A DNA stretch of 64,000 bases from Actinomycetota bacterium (GTDB lineage: Bacteria > Actinomycetota > Actinomycetes > S36-B12): the NCBI GenBank assembly GCA_016870515.1, contig VGBL01000006.1:38-64037 (forward strand). The letters run 5' to 3'. Shown in pieces: positions 1 to 10,673 of the stretch (position 1 is its first letter; every line of letters begins with the position of its first letter). The notes beneath the pieces are model-generated. The model did not search any database, was not told the origin of the DNA, and saw only the letters and a list, made by a program, of their open reading frames with translations. The position numbers and the translations under genes are program-made.

Positions 1-181
1 CGGTGCGTCCGCTCGCCAGGCGCGACGCGCTCGGCGACACGACGTAGTCCATCTGCTGAGCCACGCTGCGCACGCGCTCGCGCGTCTCGGGATCGACGTG
101 CGGCAGCCCGCGCAGCGCGCGCGACACGGTGGCCGTGGATACCCCGGCGGCCTGCGCGACATCGCGGATGGTGATGGACAT
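1..181 (-). CDS. LacI/PurR-family transcriptional regulator, N-terminal HTH part only (gene runs off the window start)
   Basis: Not in the ORF track because it is truncated. Reverse translation from ATG 181..179 reads [60 protein letters not shown], a canonical LacI-type helix-turn-helix. Confidence 0.8.
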   Translation of the reverse strand, partial: MSITIRDVAQAAGVSTATVSRALRGLPHVDPETRERVRSVAQQMDYVVSPSASRLASGRT

Positions 182-190
182 CGTTCCCCT

Positions 191-222
191 TGCACAACGT
201 TGCAGAGGGATTCGGCAACGTT
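191..222. promoter_or_regulatory. Candidate LacI-family operator: two AACGTT-core sites just upstream of the LacI gene start
   Basis: tgcaCAACGTTGca at 191-204 has an 8-bp perfect palindrome core. A second GCAACGTT lies at 215-222. Position fits autoregulation, but no consensus was checked. Confidence 0.3.
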
Positions 223-266
223 CGCGGAGTGTACGGCCGCCGCCCCGCCTGCCGCAACCGCTTACA

Positions 267-1181
267 TCACTCGCGGGACAGCGCCCAGGCGATCCCGTCG
301 AGGATGTCGTGCTCGCTGACGATCACGCAGGCGTGCCCCGTGCGACGCATGATCTGCCGCAGAATCAGGGTCCCTCCGCCGATGACGTCGACGCGTCCTG
401 GGTGCATGACCGGAAGCGCCGCTCGCTGCGCCCGCGTCATGGCCAGAAGCCGCCCGGTCACCTCGTCGACCTCCTCGGCGGAGATGACGCTCCCGTGGAG
501 GGCCGCGGAATCGTAGGCGGGCAGGTCGAGGGCGATGGCGGCGACTGTGGTCACGCTTCCGGCCACGCCGATGAGCGAGGCGGCCTGCGGGGCGGGAACG
601 ACGTCTACGGCGCGCGCTATCGCCTCGTCGATGTCAAAGGTGGCCGTCGCAATCTCGTCAGTCGTGGGTGGATCAGAGCGCAGGCATCGCTCTGTCATCC
701 GCACGCAACCGATGTCGACGGAGATCGCGTGCTGCGGCACGAAATCTCCCATCACGAACTCGGTGGAACCCCCTCCGATGTCGACGACCAGTCGCGGTGA
801 GTCGGCACCGGGTAGGCCTCGCACGGCACCGGTGAACGACAGATGCGCCTCCTCGTCGCCGGTGATGATGTCGGGTCGGACGCCCAAGCGCTGGTGGATC
901 CCCCGTGCGAAGGCCGAGCGGTTGGTGACGTCGCGGCTCGCACTCGTGGCGACGAAACGCACGCTCTCGGCCGCCTCGCGGCGAATGGCCTCCGCGTATT
1001 GATCGCACGCCGCGAAGGTGCGATCCAACGCCTCCTGGGAGAACCCGCCCGTGCGATCCACCCCCTCACCGAGCCGGACGATCTCCATGCGCCGGTCGAC
1101 ATCAACTAAGACGCCGTCGGCGACGTCGGCGATCAGCAGTCGAATGGAGTTGGTCCCGCAGTCGATGGCCGCTACTCGCAC
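267..1181 (-). CDS. ppx: Ppx/GppA-family exopolyphosphatase
   Basis: C-terminal 305 aa of ORF 267..1565. VRVAAIDCGTNSIRLLIADV is the typical Ppx/GppA N-terminus. I chose GTG at 1181 (alternative GTG 1199). The upstream 128 aa of the ORF overlap the DUF501 gene out of frame. Confidence 0.9.
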   Translation of the reverse strand: MRVAAIDCGTNSIRLLIADVADGVLVDVDRRMEIVRLGEGVDRTGGFSQEALDRTFAACDQYAEAIRREAAESVRFVATSASRDVTNRSAFARGIHQRLGVRPDIITGDEEAHLSFTGAVRGLPGADSPRLVVDIGGGSTEFVMGDFVPQHAISVDIGCVRMTERCLRSDPPTTDEIATATFDIDEAIARAVDVVPAPQAASLIGVAGSVTTVAAIALDLPAYDSAALHGSVISAEEVDEVTGRLLAMTRAQRAALPVMHPGRVDVIGGGTLILRQIMRRTGHACVIVSEHDILDGIAWALSRE

Positions 1182-1651
1182 GAGACCGGCTCCCACCACG
1201 CGCCTACGCGTTGGCGCACCTCGTCGCCGAGGGGATTGGCCCCAGGTCCTTCCGCCAGGGCCTGTGCGAGGAGCACGTGGAGACACTTCACCCGATCGGG
1301 CATGCCGCCCGCGGACACCCCGGCGATCTCGGGAACCTCCTCGATGGAGTTCCGGCGGGCCAGATAGGCCGCGTGCGCGCGGGCATAGGCGGACGCGAGT
1401 GCCGGGTCCTGCACCAGGCGCCGCTCCATCTCGCGCATCACACCAGTGCCCTCGAGCCTCCCGACCGCCGAGCACGCTCGGGGGCAGGTCAGGTAGTACA
1501 CGGTCGGAAACGGAGTGCGGTCGTCGAGGCGGGGAGCGGTGAGTACGACATCCGGCTGGCCGCAAGGGCAGCGGTGCGCGACCTCAAGCATGCCCCGCGG
1601 CTCGCGACCAATCTGCCGCTCGACGACGGCGGCATCGGCCGAGTCGATCAT
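1172..1651 (-). CDS. DUF501 domain-containing protein
   Basis: ORF 1172..1696. It holds the conserved eno-ftsB-DUF501-ppx position (Rv1025-like). ATG 1651 overlaps the ftsB stop as ATGA. Confidence 0.8.
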   Translation of the reverse strand: MIDSADAAVVERQIGREPRGMLEVAHRCPCGQPDVVLTAPRLDDRTPFPTVYYLTCPRACSAVGRLEGTGVMREMERRLVQDPALASAYARAHAAYLARRNSIEEVPEIAGVSAGGMPDRVKCLHVLLAQALAEGPGANPLGDEVRQRVGAWWEPVSCE

Positions 1652-2034
1652 GGGCCGGAGGGGTCTGCGAGATCGGCTTGACGAGTCGACTCCCACAGTT
1701 GGGTGTACCAGGGAATCGAACGCTGCTCCGCTGTCGTCTCGGGAGTGATGGGTCGATCATCACTGCCGAGGACGACGTAGCCGACCTCGCCCGGGAAGAC
1801 GAAGTGGAGCCGACTGCGCGCCTGGGCGATGACAAAGGCCGGATCGTTCCAGTCCTCGAGTTCCTTCTCCAGGTCGGCCACACGGGTCTGAGCAGCCGCT
1901 ACGTCAGCCTCGAGGGCAGCAATCTCCGCCCGCTGCGACAGCCACGCTCGGACCGGGATCGCCAGTGTCACCGCGAGGGCGGCCAGCACCACGATGAGAA
2001 CGACCGCCCGACCAGTGTGGACATGGCGAGACAT
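1648..2034 (-). CDS. ftsB: Septum formation initiator FtsB/DivIC family protein
   Basis: 128 aa with one N-terminal TM helix (AVVLIVVLAALAVTLAI) followed by a coiled coil (AEIAALEADVAAAQTRVADLEKELE). It lies directly downstream of eno. Confidence 0.8.
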   Translation of the reverse strand: MSRHVHTGRAVVLIVVLAALAVTLAIPVRAWLSQRAEIAALEADVAAAQTRVADLEKELEDWNDPAFVIAQARSRLHFVFPGEVGYVVLGSDDRPITPETTAEQRSIPWYTQLWESTRQADLADPSGP

Positions 2035-2052
2035 CCCGCCATGATCCCACGC

Positions 2053-3342
<1,290 letters not shown>

Positions 3343-3356
3343 CTATCGACCCGCGG

Positions 3357-5015
3357 TCACAGTCCCAGGAGTGCCCGCAGATGCCTCGGTCCCGGCGATC
3401 CGTGCGCGAGCAGCAGGTCGTGTATCTGCCGATCGCTCCAGTCGGGATGGAGGACGCGCAGGTCGTCCACGATGCCCCGCACGCCGAGCCAGCCGACGAA
3501 GTAGGTCGGAAGCTGACCGGCCGTCAGCAGCGCGCGACGCCATTTGCCGACGGCCTCGCCCTCCTCCTGGAACCCTCGCCGCATGAGCAGGTCGATGGCC
3601 CCCGGCTCGTCGATATCGCCTCCGTGAACTCGGGCATCGAGGATCGCATTGAGCGCCATGCGCGCCTGCATCTTCAACTGCTGCAGGCGAAGGCGGAGGG
3701 CAGCGTCCGGGCGTCGGTCGGGAACGTAGCCACGCTCCCACATGAGGTGCTCGGCGTAGACAGCCCAGCCCTCGACGAATACCCCGCTCATGCCAAAACT
3801 GCGCACCAGCGACGTTTCAGCCGCCCTCGCATGAGCCAGCTGCAGGACGTGCCCCGGCATGGCCTCGTGCGCAGTCAGGTCATGCAGAAGCACCCCGTTG
3901 TACTCCCGGTAGAAAGACGCAACCCTGTCGAGGCTCCAGTCGGCCGGGGTGGGCGCCACAGCGACGAACGTGGCCGAATCGGCGGTTTCGAGCGGCCCCG
4001 GCGCATCGCAGTAGGCCACCGAGACCCCTCGATGGATCTCCGGCATCTCGATGACCTGAGTGTCACTCGAGGGAATCCTCACCAGGTCGTGATCGCGTAC
4101 AAACGCCGTGAGGCGCTCCATCGCGCTCCTGACCTCGGCCAGCACAGTGACATCGGTGACAGGTGACTCGTCGGCCACGCGAGCCAGCGCGCGGCGCACG
4201 ATGTCGGGGCTACGGACCGACTCGCCCATGAACTCGCCGGCCACCTCGCGAAGGGATGCGTTGACCTCGTCGAGGTGAGCCTCGGCGCTCTCCAGGACCT
4301 GGACCGGCGTGAGCTCCTCATCGAGGTGGTGCCACAGTGCGGCGCTGTACAGGCGCACCCCGAGCCGCGGATCCCACCGGGCCTCGGGAAGTCGTTCGGA
4401 CAGCCAGGCGGCGTGCTGGACTACCGCGGCGCAGGCCCGCTCTGCCGCGTCGGAGAAGTCCGCAGGGGGTGCGCCTTCGGCGAGTCGTGCAGCCTCCTCG
4501 ACCACGGCCGGGAAACCCGACGAGCGGGCGAGGGCCGTCTCCACGTGGAGAGGCGATACCTCCCTGAGCGTTCGACGCGCCTGCGCCAGATGCTCCGGGA
4601 CAGCGCGAAGACGCGCGACGATACTGACCAGGCGATCCTCGGCCGGTGCGAAGTCGCGCACGGCAAGAAGGCGTATCGACGTAGCGGGATCCCACACCAT
4701 CGGATCCCAGCGTTGCCGACGTACGTCAGTCAGATCGAAGTGCCGCGCGGCGACCTTGGCCCGGAGTATCTCCAGGTCCACCTGAGCGTCTCGCGGCAAG
4801 CTCACGTCATCGATCGCATCCAGGCGGGTGATGTGATCGCCGAGGCGCTGCACCACGTCTTCGATGGCCGAGTCGCTGAGGCCTGGGAGCTGAGCGTCGA
4901 ACCTATGATCGCCCATCGATGTCGCTCCGACGGGATCGGCGGCCAGCATGTCGTCGATGGCCGCGCGCGCCACTCTCGCGAAGGCTCGCTCCTGGTCGTC
5001 TGCCGTCGAGCTCAT
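3357..5015 (-). CDS. DUF885 domain-containing protein (putative metallopeptidase-like)
   Basis: 552 aa. The HEAMPGHVLQ motif and overall length are typical of DUF885. The ATG overlaps the mazG stop (ATGA at 5012-5015). Confidence 0.8.
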   Translation of the reverse strand: MSSTADDQERAFARVARAAIDDMLAADPVGATSMGDHRFDAQLPGLSDSAIEDVVQRLGDHITRLDAIDDVSLPRDAQVDLEILRAKVAARHFDLTDVRRQRWDPMVWDPATSIRLLAVRDFAPAEDRLVSIVARLRAVPEHLAQARRTLREVSPLHVETALARSSGFPAVVEEAARLAEGAPPADFSDAAERACAAVVQHAAWLSERLPEARWDPRLGVRLYSAALWHHLDEELTPVQVLESAEAHLDEVNASLREVAGEFMGESVRSPDIVRRALARVADESPVTDVTVLAEVRSAMERLTAFVRDHDLVRIPSSDTQVIEMPEIHRGVSVAYCDAPGPLETADSATFVAVAPTPADWSLDRVASFYREYNGVLLHDLTAHEAMPGHVLQLAHARAAETSLVRSFGMSGVFVEGWAVYAEHLMWERGYVPDRRPDAALRLRLQQLKMQARMALNAILDARVHGGDIDEPGAIDLLMRRGFQEEGEAVGKWRRALLTAGQLPTYFVGWLGVRGIVDDLRVLHPDWSDRQIHDLLLAHGSPGPRHLRALLGL

Positions 5016-5671
5016 CGAGTCTCGGCCTCGCGGATCCGATCTCGGTGCCGACGGGCTGCATCTCTCGCGGCGGCCTCGGCATCCCAGCCGCGCGCGCGGC
5101 CGGCCGCGACCAGCGCCAGCAGAAGATCTCCGTAGGCGGCCTCGGCCGGGAGGTCTCGGAGGATCTGAAAGGCCTCCTGCTCTCCCGGCACGGGCACCTC
5201 GATCCCATCGCTGCGAGCGAGGAGCTTGGCGGCCGTCAGGAGGGCGGGCAGCGAGACGGGGATGCCGTCGGTCACTGACGCACGGCCCTTCTCGGCGGCC
5301 TTCAACTCATGCCATCGGGCCTCGACCTCCTCGGCTGTCTCGGCTGAGGTATCGGCGAATACGTGCGGGTGGCGCGTTACGAGCTTGCGCACGATGCCGT
5401 CTGCTACGTCATCGATGTCCCAGGGATCGTCGGCATCCTCCTGGGCGATGCGCGCATGGAAGACGACCTGCAGGAGGAGATCGCCGAGTTCCTCGCGCAG
5501 GTCGCCACGGTCTCCGGATTCGATCGCCTCGACGGTTTCGTAGGCCTCCTCGATCAGGTATTCGACGAGGCTTTGGTGGGTTTGTCTCGCGTCCCAGGGA
5601 CATCCGCCCGGCGAGCGAAGCCGGTCCATGACCTGGACGAGCTCCCGCAGGCTGTCGCGACCCTGCGGCAT
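5012..5671 (-). CDS. mazG: MazG nucleoside triphosphate pyrophosphohydrolase
   Basis: 219 aa. LRELVQVMDRLRSPGGCPWDARQTHQSLVEYLIEEAYETVEAIE is the MazG signature region. Confidence 0.9.
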   Translation of the reverse strand: MPQGRDSLRELVQVMDRLRSPGGCPWDARQTHQSLVEYLIEEAYETVEAIESGDRGDLREELGDLLLQVVFHARIAQEDADDPWDIDDVADGIVRKLVTRHPHVFADTSAETAEEVEARWHELKAAEKGRASVTDGIPVSLPALLTAAKLLARSDGIEVPVPGEQEAFQILRDLPAEAAYGDLLLALVAAGRARGWDAEAAARDAARRHRDRIREAETR

Positions 5672-5674
5672 CGA

Positions 5675-6325
5675 TCAGCCGGACGGGACCAGGTCGGCGA
5701 GTCCGTCTCCCTGCGGTGCCTGGGGAGAGGCCAGGTCGGTGGGCACGGGGCCAACCTGTAGCTCATCTGGAACCCAGGTGCCGTATCGCGGGCTGACGCG
5801 CGCGTCGAGCTGCTTGCCCAGGTCGACGGCATAGCGGAAGACCGCCTCTTGCCGGGCCTGGTCCTCGGCTTCGGGTGCCAACAGGGCGCCGAGGCCATCG
5901 ACCTGAAGTGACAGACGGAATTGGGTCGGGATCGCCGACGGCGGCACGTTGCTGTCGAGGAATACCTGGCGCAACTGGTCTTCTCCCCCCAACTGGGCCT
6001 CCGCTTCGGCTATCGCCTGGTCGATCTGACCCTGCGTGACAACGACGCCCTTTCGTGCTGCGCCCTCGTCGACAAGCTCGGTGATCACCAGGCGCTGGAG
6101 GATGTCGGCAACGAGAGCAGCATCAGGTGCGCCGGCCCCCGTGCCCCGCGCGTCGAGAACCTCATCGACCTGGGTGGTCAGGGTGTCGTTGCCGATGTCA
6201 CGCGAACCCAGGGTGGCGGCGGAGCCTGCGCTCGGCGTCGATGAGCAGCCGGTTGCGGCGACGGCCATCGTCAGGGCGGTGAGCACGGCCCCCGCTGCTC
6301 GGTTCACACGTCCGCGCGCCTTCAC
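5675..6325 (-). CDS. Lipoprotein with SurA N-terminal-like domain
   Basis: ORF 5675..6382. A lipobox LTMAVAATGCSS is present. GTG 6325 overlaps the mfd stop as GTGA. Function is not established. Confidence 0.65.
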   Translation of the reverse strand: MKARGRVNRAAGAVLTALTMAVAATGCSSTPSAGSAATLGSRDIGNDTLTTQVDEVLDARGTGAGAPDAALVADILQRLVITELVDEGAARKGVVVTQGQIDQAIAEAEAQLGGEDQLRQVFLDSNVPPSAIPTQFRLSLQVDGLGALLAPEAEDQARQEAVFRYAVDLGKQLDARVSPRYGTWVPDELQVGPVPTDLASPQAPQGDGLADLVPSG

Positions 6326-9300
6326 GAAGCACTTCCACCCTCGGTCGAGGGGTCGATGACCCCGATGACTTCCGCCGCCCATCCCAGCAGTGGCACGTCG
6401 CGCAGCCCGTCGCCCCGTGAGGCGCGGGCCGCTCCCTCCTCCGTGGGACGCGGCACGAGGATCGTACGGACGGCGGGCTTGACGATCGAGCCCGGGTACA
6501 GGCGCGCCAGACGCAGCGCACGCGACTCCGCGAGTTCGACCGGGTGGAAGCGGACCTGCGACCCTGTGAGGACGACCTCGTCGAGTCCCGCGGCCCGGGC
6601 CCGACCGCGCAATCGCGCGACTTCGAGCAGCGCCGACACCGGATCGGGTAGGGGCCCGTAGCGATCCAGCAATTCCTCCGCCACGGCATCGACATCGGTC
6701 GCGGTGGCCGCGTCGGCGAGTCGACGGTAGGCCTCGAGGCGGAGCCGCTCCTCCGCGATGTAGTCGTGTGGAATGTGCGCATTGACGGGAAGCTCGACGC
6801 GCACCTCGAGGTCGACGCTCTCGGCCTCTCCGCGCGCCTGGGCGAGCGCCTCGCCCACCAGCCGGACGTAGAGGTCGAAGCCGACCTCGGCGATGTGGCC
6901 GCTCTGTTCGCCACCAAGCAGATTGCCCGCTCCGCGGATCTCCAGGTCCTTCATCGCGATCTGCATGCCCGCACCCAGGTCGGTGTGCTGGGCCACGGTG
7001 GAGAGGCGCTCGTAGGCCGCCTCGGACAGCGCCTTCTCCGGCGGATACAGGAAATAGGCATAGCCGCGTTCGCGGCCCCGCCCCACGCGGCCGCGAAGCT
7101 GATGCAATTGGGCCAGACCGAGGACGTCAGCACGATCGAGTATCAGGGTGTTTGCATTGGCGATATCGATGCCGTTTTCGACGATGGTGGTGCACACCAG
7201 GACATCGATGCGACGTTCCCAGAAGTCCACCACCACCCTCTCCAGATCGTGCTCATTCATCTGACCGTGAGCGATCGATATGCGCGCCTCAGGAACCAGG
7301 TCACGCAGCCTTGATGCCGCTCGATCGATCGACTCGACGCGGTTGTGCACGTAGAAGACCTGCCCGTCACGGAGCAGTTCGCGCCTGATGGCGGCGGCAA
7401 CCTGCTTCGCGTCGTACGGCCCCACATAGGTCAGGATCGGGTGACGCTCCTCGGGTGGAGTCTGGATCGTCGACATGTCCCTGATGCCGGTCAGCGACAT
7501 CTCGAGGGTGCGCGGGATAGGCGTGGCCGACATGGTCAGGACATCGACCGATGTGCGAAGTGCCTTCAGGTGCTCCTTGTGCTCGACGCCGAACCGCTGC
7601 TCCTCGTCGACGACGACCAGGCCGAGATCGCGAAATCGCACGTTAGGGGTCAGCATCCGGTGCGTGCCGATGACCACGTCGACCGTGCCCTCGGCCAGGC
7701 CCTTGAGGGTCTCGCGCACCTCCGCATCGCTTTGGAAGCGCGAAAGTCCGGCCACCTTCACCGGGAACGGCGCGTAGCGACCCGCGAAGGTGGCGAGATG
7801 CTGCTGGACCAGCAGCGTGGTCGGCACGAGGACCGCGACCTGCTTGCCGTCCTGGACCGCCTTGAAGGCCGCTCGAACGGCAATTTCGGTCTTTCCGTAG
7901 CCGACGTCTCCGCAGATCACCCGGTCCATGGGAATCGTTCGCTCCATGTCGGCCTTGACCTCGTCGATGCAGGCCAACTGGTCGGGGGTCTCCACGTAGG
8001 GGAATGCGTCCTGGAGTTCTCGTTGCCAAGGAGTATCGGGGGCGAAGGCGTGACCGGCCGTGGCCACGCGTGCGGCGTAGAGCCGGATGAGCTCACCGGC
8101 GATCTCCCGCACCGCTCGGCGAGCCCGCGCCTTCGACTTCTGCCAGTCCGCTCCCCCCAGTCGATGGAGGCTGGGCGCCTCGCCGCCCACGTAGCGGCTG
8201 ACCTGATCGAGTTGATCGGTCGGCACGTAGAGGCGGTCGGCCGGCTGCCCGCGCTTGGACGATGCGTATTCGATCACGAGGTATTCGCGAGTGGCTCCTG
8301 CCACGACGCGCTCGGTCATCTCGACGTAGCGACCGACCCCGTGCTGATCGTGGACGATGAAATCACCTGGTGACAACTGCAGGGGATCGATGGTGCGACG
8401 TCGACGAGAAGGCATCCGCGCGAGATCGCGCGTGGCCGCCCGCTGCCCGAGCAGGTCGGTCTCGGTGAGTACAGCGATGCCGCCTGAGGTCGAGACGAGA
8501 CCGTCCAGCATTCGGCCGGTTCCGACGATGACCTCGGTGAGCTCATCCGGTACGTCGTCCGTGGCCCGCGCGGCGATTCCCTCCTCGGACAGTGACTGCG
8601 CCAATCGCTCCGCTGAGCCGTGGCCTTCGGCGACCACCACGACCGTCGTGCCAGCGCCCCGCCATCCGCGAATGTCGCCGAGGGCGCGCTGCAGGTCTCC
8701 CCTGTAGTCGTCGGCGGCCCGTGCCTCGACGACGATGTCGTCAGCGTCCTCGAGCGCGAACGGATCGGTCGTCCACCACCCCAGCCGGTGATCGCGCGCG
8801 GCTCCCACGACCTCGTCGAGTGAGCGGTAGGCCGCTGCCGACAGGTCGAGGGGCTCCAGGTCCAGCGGAGCGGCCTGGCCTGCGGCAGCGTTGTGCCATG
8901 ACGCCTCGAGGAACTCCTGTGAGGTGCGCTGCAGGTCTTCGGCCCGAGTGCGGACGCGCTCGGGGTCGCAGACCAGGACGATCGATCCCCGCGGAAGGCT
9001 GTCGACGAGCAACTCCATCTGGTCGACCAACACCGGGGCCAGTGCCTCCATGCCTTCCACGGCCACGCCATCGGCGATCCGCGTAAGCACGTCGCCCAGC
9101 GTGGGATGCACTGCCGCGAGTTCGCGTGCGCGTGCTCGGACGCCCTCTGTCAGCGGCACCTCGCGCACGCCGAGGATGTCGACCCCGTCGGGCACGTGCG
9201 CCAGTGACCGCTGATCGGCTACCGCAAACGAGCGAATCTCCTCGACGGTGTCACCCCAGAGCTCGATCCGGACCGGATGCTCGGCGCCTGCGGGAAAGAC

Positions 9301-9849
9301 GTCGATGATTCCGCCGCGCACGGCAAACTGCCCGCGCCGCTCGACCAGGTCCGTGCGCTCGAACCCGCGGGCAGCGAGGTCGCGTACGAAGGACTCGAGC
9401 TCCAGGGGCTCGCCCTCGAGCACGCGCAATGGCTCGAGGCGCCCGAGGGAGCCCACCAGGGGCTGCAGGACTGCGCGCACCGAGGCCACCACCACGCGCA
9501 GGGGATCGTCATCGGCATTCGCCAGTCGACGGAGCACGGCCAGGCGCCGCCCAACAGTGTCTGCCGAGGGACTCAGGCGCTCGTGGGGCAGCGTCTCCCA
9601 TGACGGGAAGTCGATGGCCGCACCAGGTCCGAGCAGATCTTCGATCGACCAGGCCAGGTCCTCAGCCTCGCGCGCACCGGAGGTGACGACGAGGAGCACC
9701 CCCTGTACGGTGCTGGCCGCCGCCGCCGCGATGACCGGCCTCGCAGACGGGACAGCGGTGACGTGTGCGCTCGACGTGCGCGTGGCAGCAGCGACGGCCT
9801 CCACGCCTGGGATGCCGGCGAGGAGGGGCCAGAGCCCACGCAGCGTCAT
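6322..9849 (-). CDS. mfd: Transcription-repair coupling factor Mfd
   Basis: 1175 aa. It has CarD-like and superfamily-2 helicase motifs (GDVGYGKTEIAVRAAF, VVDEEQRFGV, LTMSATPIPRTL). Confidence 0.97.
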   Translation of the reverse strand: MTLRGLWPLLAGIPGVEAVAAATRTSSAHVTAVPSARPVIAAAAASTVQGVLLVVTSGAREAEDLAWSIEDLLGPGAAIDFPSWETLPHERLSPSADTVGRRLAVLRRLANADDDPLRVVVASVRAVLQPLVGSLGRLEPLRVLEGEPLELESFVRDLAARGFERTDLVERRGQFAVRGGIIDVFPAGAEHPVRIELWGDTVEEIRSFAVADQRSLAHVPDGVDILGVREVPLTEGVRARARELAAVHPTLGDVLTRIADGVAVEGMEALAPVLVDQMELLVDSLPRGSIVLVCDPERVRTRAEDLQRTSQEFLEASWHNAAAGQAAPLDLEPLDLSAAAYRSLDEVVGAARDHRLGWWTTDPFALEDADDIVVEARAADDYRGDLQRALGDIRGWRGAGTTVVVVAEGHGSAERLAQSLSEEGIAARATDDVPDELTEVIVGTGRMLDGLVSTSGGIAVLTETDLLGQRAATRDLARMPSRRRRTIDPLQLSPGDFIVHDQHGVGRYVEMTERVVAGATREYLVIEYASSKRGQPADRLYVPTDQLDQVSRYVGGEAPSLHRLGGADWQKSKARARRAVREIAGELIRLYAARVATAGHAFAPDTPWQRELQDAFPYVETPDQLACIDEVKADMERTIPMDRVICGDVGYGKTEIAVRAAFKAVQDGKQVAVLVPTTLLVQQHLATFAGRYAPFPVKVAGLSRFQSDAEVRETLKGLAEGTVDVVIGTHRMLTPNVRFRDLGLVVVDEEQRFGVEHKEHLKALRTSVDVLTMSATPIPRTLEMSLTGIRDMSTIQTPPEERHPILTYVGPYDAKQVAAAIRRELLRDGQVFYVHNRVESIDRAASRLRDLVPEARISIAHGQMNEHDLERVVVDFWERRIDVLVCTTIVENGIDIANANTLILDRADVLGLAQLHQLRGRVGRGRERGYAYFLYPPEKALSEAAYERLSTVAQHTDLGAGMQIAMKDLEIRGAGNLLGGEQSGHIAEVGFDLYVRLVGEALAQARGEAESVDLEVRVELPVNAHIPHDYIAEERLRLEAYRRLADAATATDVDAVAEELLDRYGPLPDPVSALLEVARLRGRARAAGLDEVVLTGSQVRFHPVELAESRALRLARLYPGSIVKPAVRTILVPRPTEEGAARASRGDGLRDVPLLGWAAEVIGVIDPSTEGGSAS

Positions 9850-10673
9850 GCACTCCCGTCGGCGGCCCGACGCATGGCCTCACGGAGGTCATCTGCCACC
9901 GATGGAATGCCCACCAGCAGGTCGGTGACATAGGGCCGCGGCTGGTTGAAGGCGATCGCGGAGGTGTCGATGTGCGAGGCCACGAGCCCCTGCGCGTGAG
10001 CCACTGATAGCGGCGCCGCCACGTCCCACTCGTAGAAGCCCGTGTCGTGCACGTAGGCCTCGGCGTGACCGGTCAGGATCTCGTTGACCTTGGCGCCAAC
10101 CGAGCCGACGTCCATCACTTCGACCCCGTGCCGGTGACCGCGCGTCGCCAGTGACTCGGCCAGGAGGGCGACCGCGGCATCGAGGGTGGCCGGCGGCCGC
10201 GTGCGCGATGCGACGATCCGAACCGGTCGGTCTTCGGGCAGCCCACGTGGCGGGAGCGGTGCGTCAGCCACCTGGCGCGACAGGCCTTGCGCGGGCAGGT
10301 CGACGGTGCCCGCGGTGAGGCGCCCGCCACCTGGCGCCGTGGGATCGCGATTCCACAGGACGACGTGAACCGCGAAGTCCGTGCGGCCCTGGCCGAATTC
10401 CCAGGTGCCATCAAGGGGGTCGACGATCCAGACGCGATCGGCCTGAAGGCGAGCCGGGTCGTCCGCGCCCTCCTCACTCAACACCGTGTCGTCGGGACGG
10501 GACTCGGCGAGCCGGGCGACGATGAGTTCATGACAGGCCCGGTCGGCAGCCTTGCGGAGTTCATTGGCCCGATCCTTGTCGTCGACAGGTCCGAATGACT
10601 CCCGCAACTGCAGGAGCAACCGCCCGGCTTCGGCCGCAACCCGCGCTGAGACCCGCATGTCGTCTTCGGTCAT
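9846..10673 (-). CDS. cysQ: 3'(2'),5'-bisphosphate nucleotidase CysQ / inositol monophosphatase family
   Basis: Motifs WIVDPLDGTWEF and YEWDVAAP are present. ATG 10673 overlaps the pth stop (ATGA) and its own stop overlaps the mfd start (ATGA). Confidence 0.75.
   Translation of the reverse strand: MTEDDMRVSARVAAEAGRLLLQLRESFGPVDDKDRANELRKAADRACHELIVARLAESRPDDTVLSEEGADDPARLQADRVWIVDPLDGTWEFGQGRTDFAVHVVLWNRDPTAPGGGRLTAGTVDLPAQGLSRQVADAPLPPRGLPEDRPVRIVASRTRPPATLDAAVALLAESLATRGHRHGVEVMDVGSVGAKVNEILTGHAEAYVHDTGFYEWDVAAPLSVAHAQGLVASHIDTSAIAFNQPRPYVTDLLVGIPSVADDLREAMRRAADGSA

Noticed and set aside
1182-1565. Long N-terminal extensions of several ORF-track calls (ppx 267..1565; also tatD, rsmI, cysQ, rplY, manB, manA and comF)
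   Set aside because: The extensions overlap the upstream gene out of frame and are Arg/Pro/Gly-rich. Internal starts give canonical N-termini and 4-nt overlaps or good SD spacing.
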